A stretch of 64,000 bases of DNA from an uncultured Acidobacteriota bacterium (GTDB lineage: Bacteria; Acidobacteriota; Vicinamibacteria; Vicinamibacterales; 2-12-FULL-66-21): the NCBI GenBank assembly GCA_963797625.1, contig CAWCQI010000038.1:34009-98008 (forward strand). The letters are read 5' to 3'. A model generated the notes under the pieces. That model saw nothing but the letters and a program-made list of their open reading frames with translations, searched no databases and was not told where the DNA came from. Each line of letters opens with the position of its first letter. The first letter of the stretch is position 1. The position numbers and the translations under genes were made by a program. Positions 43,980 through 53,469 of this stretch are shown in pieces.

Positions 43980-45356
43980 ATGACACGCCCCTACGTTTCG
44001 GGCGGCGCGGCGGCGCTCGCCTTCGCCGCGGCGCTGGCCGCCCCAACTGCACAAACCTCGACGCCCCCTGACGATGCGCTCGTCAAGAAGGCGCGCGCGA
44101 TTCACGAACGGGTCATCGCGCTCGACACGCACGACGACATCAACGTCGCCGACTTCACGCCGGAGCGCAACTACACGCAGGATCTCGGCAATCAGGTCAA
44201 CCTGCCGAAGATGACTGCCGGCGGCCTCGACGCGTCGTTCTTCATCGTCTACGTCGGGCAGGGTCCGCTCACCGCCGAGGGCTACGACAGCGCTTACCAG
44301 CAGGCAATCGCGAAATTCGACGCGATCCATCGTCTCACCGAGAAGATCGCGCCCGACAAGATCGAGCTGGCGCTCACCGCCGCCGACGTCCGGCGGATCA
44401 GCAAGGCCGGCAAGAAGGTCGCGCTCATCGGCGTGGAGAACGGCTACCCCCTCGGGGACGCCTCCACCGCCATCAAGCGCGTCCAGGAGTTCCATGCGCG
44501 CGGCGCGCGGTATCTCTCGCTCGCGCATAACGGTCACAGCCAGCTCGCCGACTCGAATACCGGCGAGGCGACCGGCGAGTGGCTGCACAACGGCCTGAGC
44601 GATCTCGGCAAGCAGGTCATCGCCGAACTGAACCGTGTCGGCATCATGGTCGACCTCTCGCATCCCTCCAAGCAGGCCAACCTGCAGGCGATCGCGCTCT
44701 CGAAGGCGCCGGTGATCGCGTCGCACTCGGCCGCCCGCGCGCTCTGCGACCACAGCCGCGATCTCGACGATGAGCAGCTGCTCGCGATCAAGAAAAACGG
44801 CGGGGTCGTCCAGACAGTGGCGTTCGCGAGCTACGTCAAGACGCCGCTGCCGCCGACCGCCGAGCGTCAGGCCGCCCTGTCAAAGCTCGAAACCGACTTC
44901 GGCCTGCCGGCCGGGAGCCTCGGACGCGGCGGACGTGGGGGCCGTGGGCGCGGCGCGACGGCCGGCGCCGGCGCCGCTGGTGGAGGCGCGGGCCGAGGTC
45001 GAGGACGCGGCGGCGCGCTCGCGCAGCTTCCCGACGACAAGCGGGTCGAAGCCGAACAGCGGCTGGCCGAGATCGACAAGCAGTTCCCGCCGCCGCCGCG
45101 CGCGAACGTCAAGGACTTCGTCGATCACATCGACTACATCACCAAGAAGATTGGCATCGATCACGTCGGCATCTCGTCGGACTTCGACGGCGGTGGCGGG
45201 ATCGACGGCTGGAACGACGCGAGCGAAACGTTCAACGTCACGCTCGAGCTCGTCCGTCGCGGTTACACCGAAGATCAGATCGCCAAGATCTGGAGCGGCA
45301 ATCTGCTGCGAGTCATGGAGCAGGTCCGTCAGGTGGCGATGAAGCTGCAGAAGTAG
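43980..45356 (+). CDS. Membrane dipeptidase (M19 family), secreted
   Basis: DTHDD, GVENG, SLAHNG, MVDLSH, ASHS, HVGISSDFDGG, KIWSGNLLRV. Confidence 0.92.
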   Translation: MTRPYVSGGAAALAFAAALAAPTAQTSTPPDDALVKKARAIHERVIALDTHDDINVADFTPERNYTQDLGNQVNLPKMTAGGLDASFFIVYVGQGPLTAEGYDSAYQQAIAKFDAIHRLTEKIAPDKIELALTAADVRRISKAGKKVALIGVENGYPLGDASTAIKRVQEFHARGARYLSLAHNGHSQLADSNTGEATGEWLHNGLSDLGKQVIAELNRVGIMVDLSHPSKQANLQAIALSKAPVIASHSAARALCDHSRDLDDEQLLAIKKNGGVVQTVAFASYVKTPLPPTAERQAALSKLETDFGLPAGSLGRGGRGGRGRGATAGAGAAGGGAGRGRGRGGALAQLPDDKRVEAEQRLAEIDKQFPPPPRANVKDFVDHIDYITKKIGIDHVGISSDFDGGGGIDGWNDASETFNVTLELVRRGYTEDQIAKIWSGNLLRVMEQVRQVAMKLQK

Positions 45357-45361
45357 CGATC

Positions 45362-45504
45362 AGGTTCAGGGTTCAGGGTTCAGGGTTCAGGGCTCGGAAG
45401 AGCTTTCAGATCTCAGTCAGCTCGATTGAGATCTGAAGGCTCTTCCGATCCCTGAGTCCTGCTGAACCCTGAACCCTGAACCCTGAACCTTGAACCTTGA
45501 ACCT
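45362..45504. repeat. Heptamer-armed inverted repeat (GGTTCAG / CTGAACC)
   Basis: GTTCAGG x4, core CGGAAGAGCTTTCAGATCTCA, near-complementary core TGAGATCTGAAGGCTCTTCCG, then TGAACCY x5-6; between convergent genes. Confidence 0.9.
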
Positions 45505-47607
45505 CAGCTCCCCGCCTGATCCCCCTGCCCCCGAATCAACCTCACGATGAGCGCCAGGAGGACGAGCACGGCTCCGGTCAGCACGACCCAGAATGTCCTC
45601 GGGGACGCGAAAGACTCGGCTGACGATGGTGTGGCAGTCGCTGCCGGTGCCGCACTGATCTCCGTCGCCATGGCGCCCATGACGCGCGGCGCGAGCAGCG
45701 CGAGATGGTACTGCGGTGGCTGAAGGTCGTCTCGACCGTACGCCAGCCGCGGCAACGACTGACCGGCGTGAAAGAACCTCAGCCGGTACGACGGCAGGAG
45801 CAGGCGCGCCTTCGTCAGCGGCAACGGCGCGTTGTCCCCTTCGTCGACTACGACGAGAATCTCGGTCTCTCGGCATCGTCTCCACGCGCAGCGGCAGCGG
45901 CCGGGCCGGCGTGTGCTCGTCGGCGTGGCGCCAGGTCTCGCCCGCTCTCACGTCGAAGTACGGCTCGCGACGGTTCCGATCCGGTGGCCGATCGATGCCG
46001 ATCCGGACGGTGCGCTGAAACACGCGCGCCGAGGTTTCGACGACGAGCGTCGAGGTCGGCAGGTTCGAATATGGAAGGGTGACGACGTAGACCGAACGCT
46101 GCCGGCTGCCTGGCTGCGACATCAGTTCCTGAGACTGCACAGTTCGACGCAGGCCGGACGGCAAGATCGATGGACAGCGGCTCGTTTCGACGCTCGAGCA
46201 CGTAGGGAATCTGCTGATTGGAGCCGTTCAGCAATCTCACGTCGGCGAACCGCGCGGCCCGGCCCACGAGCTGTGCGCGAGCGCGTGCGCGTCGAGAGGG
46301 AGCGCGAAGAGACCAATAGCGTTGTCCCCGGCTTCGGGAGAGGACTGGAGGGCCCGGCTGTACCGGAACGCGTCCGGATCGAGCACGGCTCCCGCGCTTG
46401 GCGCGAGCCCAGACGGGGAGTTGGCCACTCGGCTGATGCGCGTCGTTCCACCGTCACCCCACTTCGCCTCCGCCACCTTCGTAGAGATCGACCGAGCTGC
46501 GAACGGCTTCGAGATCGTACTGAGGCTTCGGCAGCGTCAGGTCGCCAGCGAGAGCTTTCAGCGCACCCAGCCGGCGCTTCGAAATAGATCCACGGCAGCT
46601 CGGCGAGCACAACGGAGACGGCGCGCAAATCCAGCGGCTCGTTCGCGCCATCGTCGATGGTCAACTCGAGCTCGGTCTCCGTCGGCACGGCAATCGGCAC
46701 GCGGAGCGCCGAGGCGGTAAGCCCATCCCGGACAACCCGCGACAGCATCGCCCGTCCGAGCTCGACGGGCGCGGCTTCGAACCCCGCGAAGCGGGACTCG
46801 CTCACGACCGCCCGGCGATACACGTGCCCGCCGGCGACGCCGAGCCCGACGTCGAGATCAACCGCCACGATTGGGAGCCTGGCGCCGGGCAGCCTGACGC
46901 GATATCGGCTGATTCCCGGTTCGCTCGGACGCCGTTCGATCGACGCGGTCAGCGTGGCCGCAATCGGCGGCGGCGCAATCGAGACGCGCCGCGCGGCGAC
47001 CGCACTGGGATTCGGCACGCGGCCGCTGTTGGCATCGTTCCACGTGACGCGAAGGTATCGATACGGTCCCGGCGTAAAGCCGAGCGCATTCTGCCGAAGC
47101 TGCTCGTCCGGCAAATCGAACAGCGTCCCTTCGGCCACGAGCATCGTCCAGCGCTCGCGATCCCCGCTGCCCTCGAGCGTCAGCCGCTTCAAGTGCGGCG
47201 CTGGCAACCCTTGGACTCGAATCATGTCGACTGGGTTCGCGGCTCCAAGATCGACCTCGAAGCCGCTGCTCTTCTTCGTGGGGGCGACGCTCAGGACGTT
47301 GCCGCCGATCCACTCGCGCTCCGGCGACGGCGCGTGGATCAGCAGGTACGGAACCGGACGTCCGCCCTCGCTGACGAGCCGGAGGTCGGTCAAGCCGTCT
47401 TCCGCAAAGTACCTCTCGCCCCGCTGGAGCACGCGAAACGGCGCGCCGGCCGTTAGGAGTCCGGCGTCGATGGCCAACCGGTAAGGGCCAGGCGCCGGCC
47501 GTCACGACGGGGCGCTCGTAGGTCGACTCTGGCGCCTTTTGCGCGAGGGCGACCAGCGGAAGGATCGACAGCGCGATCGCGGCAACCAGCAGCGGCGCGC
47601 GCTTCAC
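45504..47607 (-). CDS. DUF3999-like secreted protein with C-terminal TM anchor; several frameshifts
   Basis: Signal peptide from GTG 47607 (GTGA overlap with the DUF2339 stop); duplicated DLRL..VPY / DVRL..IPY and IDDGANEPL / DEGDNAPL motifs; PQY.L motif before the TM. Confidence 0.7.
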
Positions 47608-50600
47608 GTCGCGGTCCTCGTCTTGAGGACGAACTTCTGCAGCGCGACTGACACCAGCGCAAGCGAGATGGCGAGGCCGACAAACGACCCCACACGCGCC
47701 AGCCCTTCGAGCGAGCTCAGATCGTAGAGGAAACATTTGAAGGTCGTCACCGCGATGAGCGTCACGGCCGCTACGCGAGCCGATCGATTGCCGAGTGTGA
47801 TCCCGGCAGCCAGTAGTCCCATGCCGAATACCAGCCAGCCGATCGTATATGTCAGATCCTGCGCGACGGTGGCGCCGAACCTGAACATGATCGTCGGTCC
47901 AGTGGCGTAGAAGTCTGCGATTTCGATATTGAGCAGCAGGAACAACAGGACGACGCCGGCGCCCGGGAGGAGCGACGAGACGCGCAGGCTTCCGGCAAGC
48001 CGATCGTTCGTCTTCGACAGGAACCAGCCGGCGACGAACATGGCTGCCGCGCAGAGGACGTAGGCGTAGAGATACCAGTTGAAAATCCGCAGCGAGCCGC
48101 GTGGCTCGTACACCAGCACCTCAGGGTTGAGCGCCAGCCGGACGAACACCGCGCCAAGGAGCGCGACGCCCGAGTAGAAGAGCCCGCGATGGGGAATGCG
48201 CTTGTAGACCCACGCCAGCGCCGCTCCCTCGAGCGCCCAGCCGATCGTGATCCACTGCTGTTTCAGCTGGAGCGGAATCGCGACGGTGACAAACGCGAGC
48301 GCGGCACCGGCCACAAGCGCCAGACGGCCCAAATCGCGCTGCCCTCGAGACTCGAGGCTCAGCAGCGAGCGCAGCATGAGCGCGAGCACCGCTCCCTCGA
48401 TCACCGGGATGGCGCCGATCATCCAGTCGAGCTCGCCCGCCACGAATGCCGCGCGGGCGCCGAAGAACGCCATGGCGCTCGCGAGGACCGCCGCGAGGTA
48501 CGGATCGCGGCTGTCGCGCACGCGGCGGCCAACGACGAACGGATACGCGGCAAACACCGCGTAGAGTGCGGCGGACATCGCCAGAAGCCTCGGCCAGGCG
48601 ATCGTCAGGTCGCCCCTCGCCTGCCATTGGAGAACCGCAACCCACGCGGGCACCACGGCGCCAACCGCGACAAACGGCCACCGGTGTCCCGCGGTGAGCG
48701 CGAGCAGCACGCAGAGATTGACGACGTGCGCCGCCAGCAGAACCGGGAAGGCAGGCATCGTCCCAGCGTCGACAGCAGCGATGAGCGAGAGCTCTCCGAC
48801 AAAGATCGCGGCGCCGGCCGCCCACGCGACTTGCTGGCTGCCGCGGAAACGGCTGGCCAGCGGCTGCCACAGGAGCGCATACCCGCTGACGGCGGCTGCC
48901 GTCAGCACCGCCGTCAGCCCCCACTCAGGCGATCCCGCGCCAGCGCTCCATGCCGTCACGACGGCCGCGGCCGCGATCGTACCGGCCGTGTGCATGGTCG
49001 CGACGCGGCTCCAGAGCGCCGCGGCGCTCGTCGCGAGCGTCATCGCGGCGAGCGCCGCGAACACGGGCCATGGCGGCAGCGACCACGTGCGATCCGTCGC
49101 GAGCAGCAGCAGGAAGAGATGGCCGATGAGCCCGAGGTAGAGTCCGCGGGCGAACGGCGCCTGTGCCGCCGAGCCTTCGCCGCCCACGCTGCGCACCGAC
49201 CACGCGTGGCCGGCGAGCGTGACGAGCGTCAGCCCGACGACGACCATGAGCGATGGCAGGACGCCGACGCTTCCGGCGGCTTGCGACCACCAGGTCATCA
49301 TCAGGAGCCACGACAGGACACTGCCCACCTGGGACACGGTCGGCAGGCGTCCAGCGGCGCTCTCGATGAAGAGTGCGGCATTGGTGATGGCGAGGAGCAG
49401 CGCCAGCGCCCAGAGCGCGGCGGGCGCCACCGATCCGAGCGAGAGAAAGAACAGCAGGCTCAGCCCGAGGAGCAGCACCACGCCGCCACCCCACGCCGGC
49501 TGGAGCGGACGCGACATCCGGCGGGCGACGACCGGAACACCGAGCGACACGAGGCCGAACGCGACGTAGATGGCTACGGCCGTATCCAGGCGCTCGAGCG
49601 TCAGGTGCACGGCCGACCATACGGCCTGCGTGGCAATGGCGAAGAACGCCGCGATGTAGTACAGCGACCCGCTGCCACTCGCCACGGCTCGCCAGGCGAT
49701 CAACACGACGAGCGCCAGCAGCGCCCCCATGAGCGGCCACGGCGCCACAAACGAGGGCTCAATCGCCGCAAGCACCGGGAACGTGGCCAGGAGGAGCGGC
49801 CCGGCATAGTGCGCCCTGGCGGCCGCGCCCGTAAGGGGCCGCGCAAACCATCCCGCGACCAGCGGCGCGACGAGGTAGAAGACAGAGAAGAGCGCGGTGA
49901 AACCGACCGCGGCAAGACCCTGACTGGATGCCCCATGCGTGGCCACAATCCAGGTCCCGATCCACATCGACATCCACGTCGCCATGACGAGCATCGTGGC
50001 AAGGGCGCCGACCGCGTGGAGGAGACCCTGACGACGGGCGATTGCGATCGCCAGGAGCCCGACGTCGATGAGGATCAGGAATCCGAACAGGAGCGACGGA
50101 CGCGCACCGTACGCGGGGACGGCGGCGAGGTAGAGGGCAAACAGCAGCGGCATCGCTGCTGAGACCAACGCCGTTTTCTCGAAGCTCTGACCGTTCGTGT
50201 CGGCGGCGGCGCCGCGCGCACCGCCCGCAAACATGAGCCCCGCAATCGCCGCCAGCGGGAACAGGAGGAAGACGCCCATCGCGAGCGGCACGCTGCTGTG
50301 GTCCAGGAACTTGAGGACCCATCCCCACTGATAGATCGTCGTCAGGATGAGCGTCAGGGCCGTCAGCACCGGCCAGCGCTTCACGCGGGCCACCTGCGCG
50401 AGCCCGACGTTCAGCAGCAGCAGGTACGCGAAGAGCGGGATCGGGCGGTTCTCGCCGGTCGAGAGGAGTGCGGGCGTCGCAAAGCCGCCGAGCAGGCCCA
50501 GCACCGCGATGAAGAGCGATTCGCGCCTGATCGACAGCAGCACCGCGATCAGCGTGACCATCGCGAGCAGGCCAAATGCGACGAGCGACGGAATCAGGTT

Positions 50601-51416
50601 CCAGAGCGCGTGCGCAGCGAAGAAGGTCGCGAAGAGGATCGCGATAGCCGCCGCGTCCATCGCGTTGGCGGTCGCGGGATAGCGGCGCGCCGCCTTCATC
50701 TCGCAGACGACGAGCAGCGCGACTGCGACCAGAATGCCGATCGCGACCCGGACCGGCGGCTGCAGCCACCCGGCCTCGATCGAGTACTTCAGGAAGAACA
50801 CGGCCGCCACGACCAGCGCGATGCCCGCGATCGCCGCGAACAACTTCACGCCGATGAGACTCTCCCAGTCGAACGCCGGCGCGGCCGGCCGGCTGGGCGG
50901 AGTTGGAGGAGGAGGCGGCGGAGCGGGAGGCCGAGGCACCAGTGGAGGCGACGGTGGCCGCGCCGGCGTCGCGGACGGCGCCGGACCGGCCGCCGGTGGA
51001 GCCTGGACGGGCCGTGGCGGCGTCGGCGACGCGGGCGGTGGCGCCGTGGGGAGCGGACGCTCCGCGACGCGCGGTTCTGGAACGGTCAGTGGCGCCGGCG
51101 GCGGGACCGGCCTGTCGGCCGCGGGCGGCACCGGCGCTGGCGGCACGACTCGTGGCGGCACGACTGGCGCTGCGGGCCGTGTTGGCTCAGGCCGCGCGGC
51201 CGCAGCAGGCGGCGAGGCGGGCGACGGAGATGGCGCCGCCTCGCGCGACAGTTGGGTCACGCGCGAGCGAAGCTCGTCGATCTCCTTCTCCTGCGACTCG
51301 ACCACGCGCAGGAGCGTTTCCAGCCGTCGCGCCGTCCTGCGCGCCGACACCCAGGCTGCAATCGGCAGAACGAAGGGGATGACGAGCAGGATCAGCGCGA
51401 AGAAAAGAATCTCCAC
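47604..51416 (-). CDS. DUF2339 family polytopic membrane protein (about 1270 aa)
   Basis: Pro-rich linker, then DWESLIGVKLF..FFLKYSIEAGWL.P.VRV, LGGFATPALLSTG, C-terminal KCFLYDLSSLEGLARVGSF; about 30 hydrophobic segments. Confidence 0.88.
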   Translation of the reverse strand: MEILFFALILLVIPFVLPIAAWVSARRTARRLETLLRVVESQEKEIDELRSRVTQLSREAAPSPSPASPPAAAARPEPTRPAAPVVPPRVVPPAPVPPAADRPVPPPAPLTVPEPRVAERPLPTAPPPASPTPPRPVQAPPAAGPAPSATPARPPSPPLVPRPPAPPPPPPTPPSRPAAPAFDWESLIGVKLFAAIAGIALVVAAVFFLKYSIEAGWLQPPVRVAIGILVAVALLVVCEMKAARRYPATANAMDAAAIAILFATFFAAHALWNLIPSLVAFGLLAMVTLIAVLLSIRRESLFIAVLGLLGGFATPALLSTGENRPIPLFAYLLLLNVGLAQVARVKRWPVLTALTLILTTIYQWGWVLKFLDHSSVPLAMGVFLLFPLAAIAGLMFAGGARGAAADTNGQSFEKTALVSAAMPLLFALYLAAVPAYGARPSLLFGFLILIDVGLLAIAIARRQGLLHAVGALATMLVMATWMSMWIGTWIVATHGASSQGLAAVGFTALFSVFYLVAPLVAGWFARPLTGAAARAHYAGPLLLATFPVLAAIEPSFVAPWPLMGALLALVVLIAWRAVASGSGSLYYIAAFFAIATQAVWSAVHLTLERLDTAVAIYVAFGLVSLGVPVVARRMSRPLQPAWGGGVVLLLGLSLLFFLSLGSVAPAALWALALLLAITNAALFIESAAGRLPTVSQVGSVLSWLLMMTWWSQAAGSVGVLPSLMVVVGLTLVTLAGHAWSVRSVGGEGSAAQAPFARGLYLGLIGHLFLLLLATDRTWSLPPWPVFAALAAMTLATSAAALWSRVATMHTAGTIAAAAVVTAWSAGAGSPEWGLTAVLTAAAVSGYALLWQPLASRFRGSQQVAWAAGAAIFVGELSLIAAVDAGTMPAFPVLLAAHVVNLCVLLALTAGHRWPFVAVGAVVPAWVAVLQWQARGDLTIAWPRLLAMSAALYAVFAAYPFVVGRRVRDSRDPYLAAVLASAMAFFGARAAFVAGELDWMIGAIPVIEGAVLALMLRSLLSLESRGQRDLGRLALVAGAALAFVTVAIPLQLKQQWITIGWALEGAALAWVYKRIPHRGLFYSGVALLGAVFVRLALNPEVLVYEPRGSLRIFNWYLYAYVLCAAAMFVAGWFLSKTNDRLAGSLRVSSLLPGAGVVLLFLLLNIEIADFYATGPTIMFRFGATVAQDLTYTIGWLVFGMGLLAAGITLGNRSARVAAVTLIAVTTFKCFLYDLSSLEGLARVGSFVGLAISLALVSVALQKFVLKTRTAT

Positions 51417-51587
51417 TGTTCCTCGTCCTCGTGCCGGCGGAGCTCCGCCGGGCACCGATTCACTTGTAGCTGGGGTTCACTCATCTTACACGGAGCCACC
51501 GTCGCTGGTAAGCTCTCACTCATCGGACGCCGCAGGCGGCTTGCCGGCCGTGTGAAAAACCGTGAAAAAGAGTGTCAGGTCGTGAGC

Positions 51588-52280
51588 ATGCCAGGCGCCG
51601 ATTGGACGGCCACACCGCCGGACAAGTCGGAACCGATCGTCATCGGCGTGGCGGGCGGATCCGGCTCTGGCAAGACGACCGTCGTCCGTCACATCGTCGA
51701 CAGCCTCGGTCCAGAGCAGGTCATCGTCCTCGAGCACGATCGGTACTACCGTGACCGCAACGATCTGCGGCTCGAGGAGCGTGCCGCGCTCAACTACGAT
51801 CATCCGGACTCGCTCGAGACGGACCTCCTCGTCCGCGACCTGCACGAGCTCCGGGCCAACCGGCCGGTCGAGCTCCCGGTCTACGACTTCGCGCGCTTTG
51901 CCCGTAAGTCGGTCCGCGAGAAAGCCGATCCGCGGCGCGCCATCATCGTCGAGGGCATCCTGATCTTCACCGACGCTGAACTGCGGCGGCTGATGGACGT
52001 CAAAGTATTCGTGGACACGGATGCCGACACGCGCTTCATCCGCCGGCTGCAGCGCGACATCGCCGAACGGGGTCGCACCGTCCAGTCCGTGATCGATCAG
52101 TACTTGAGTACCGTCAAACCGATGCACCTGGACTTCGTCGAGCCGAGCAAGCGATATGCGGACATCATCGTTCCGCAGGGCGGGCACAATGCCGTCGCCA
52201 TCGACATGCTGCTCACCCTCATCCGCGGCCTGGCGGCCCGCCTGCGTCCGAGCCCTCCGTTGGAGGCAGAGGGCTCGTGA
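51588..52280 (+). CDS. udk: Uridine kinase
   Basis: IGVAGGSGSGKTT, NYDHPDS, PVYDF, IVEGIL, RRLQRDIAERGR, FVEPSKRYADIIVP. Confidence 0.93.
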   Translation: MPGADWTATPPDKSEPIVIGVAGGSGSGKTTVVRHIVDSLGPEQVIVLEHDRYYRDRNDLRLEERAALNYDHPDSLETDLLVRDLHELRANRPVELPVYDFARFARKSVREKADPRRAIIVEGILIFTDAELRRLMDVKVFVDTDADTRFIRRLQRDIAERGRTVQSVIDQYLSTVKPMHLDFVEPSKRYADIIVPQGGHNAVAIDMLLTLIRGLAARLRPSPPLEAEGS

Positions 52281-52283
52281 CAA

Positions 52284-52388
52284 CGCGCGAGCGAGCGAAG
52301 CGAGTGAGCCACGCGAACGGAGCGAGCGTGGCGAAGCAGCGAGCGAGAGAGCGTGTAGGGGGGTTCCGCGGGGGCAAAGCCCCCCGGA
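52284..52388. repeat. Purine-biased GCGA-rich intergenic element ending in a GC hairpin (REP/terminator-like)
   Basis: Repeated GCGAGC/GCGAAG units, then GGGGGC-AAA-GCCCCC hairpin after the udk stop. Confidence 0.5.
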
Positions 52389-52418
52389 CAAAAAACGTAG
52401 CATAAAATACCGACATCG

Positions 52419-53283
52419 ATGGCCGCCAAGCCCGGCTTCTTCGACTACATCAAGGCGGCGTTCAACGCGCGGCCGCTCGGCATGTTCGTCGCGCCCAACT
52501 GGATAGGCCTCGGCGCGTTCGGACTCCTGGGCATGATGGAGCCCGGTTTCTGGGTGCTTGGCGCCGGGCTGGAGCTCGGATACCTGCTCGCGCTCGCGAC
52601 CAACGAGCGCTTCCAGCGGCTCGTCGCCGCCGTTCCCCTCGTCGAGGCCACCGCCGATTGGAACCAGCGCATCCAGGCTCTCGTCGGGCGACTCGATGCG
52701 GGCGATCGCCGCATCTACGATCTCTTGTCGCAGCGGTGCCGCTCGATCATCGATCTGCAGCTGCACGGCGCGAGCCCGGCCACCGTGCCCGGTGGTCTCG
52801 AATCTCAAGCCGACGGGCTTGGACGCTTGTCCTGGATGTTCCTGCGTCTGCTCGTGGCGCGGCGCACCATCCAGCAGGTCATTGGTGAATCGGGCGACGG
52901 CGCGGACCTGCGCAAGCGACGTCTCGGCGCTCGAGCGCCAGCAGTCGGACGCGTCGCTGACCGAGGAGCTGCGCCGGAGCCTCGGTGGGCAGCTCGACAT
53001 TCTCAAGCAGCGACTTCTCCAGCGCACCGACGCGGAACGAAAGCTCACCTACATCGACGCCGAGCTCGAACGAATCCAGCAGCAGGTCGAGTTGATCCGC
53101 GAGCAGGCCGCGCTTTCGACCGACCCGGAACTCCTCTCGCAGCGCATCGACGAGATCACGGCGACGCTCGGTACCACCGGCCAGTGGATACGCGATCAGC
53201 AGCAGGTCTACGGCGCGATGGAAGATCTGCTCACCGATCCACCGCCGCTCGCGCCAGACGCGCGCGCGAGGGAGAGTCAGTGA
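52419..53283 (+). CDS. Membrane-anchored coiled-coil protein (about 287 aa); one frameshift near 52920
   Basis: Two N-terminal hydrophobic segments, then heptad-rich helices; ORFs 52419..53438 and 52558..53283 join at LRKR/VSALERQ. Confidence 0.75.
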
Positions 53284-53321
53284 TCACGAGACGCGGATCA
53301 CACGGATCACAGCGACTGTCC

Positions 53322-53407
53322 GAGAGCTTCTCACCGCAGAGGACGCTGAGAACGCAGAGTCCTTATTGGTTTCTCTCTGCGCGCTCCGCGCGTCTCAGCG
53401 GTGAAGC
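53322..53407. repeat. REP-like palindrome with 9-bp periodic arms (copy 3)
   Basis: TCACCGCAGAGGACGCTGAGAACGCAGAG...CTCTGCGCGCTCCGCGCGTCTCAGCGGTGA, preceded by CGCGGATCACACGGATCAC. Confidence 0.75.
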
Positions 53408-53469
53408 GTGCTTTCGTCCAGTCGAATGGCGGTCGTGACGATGACAAGCGCTCGAATATCTGGAGACAA

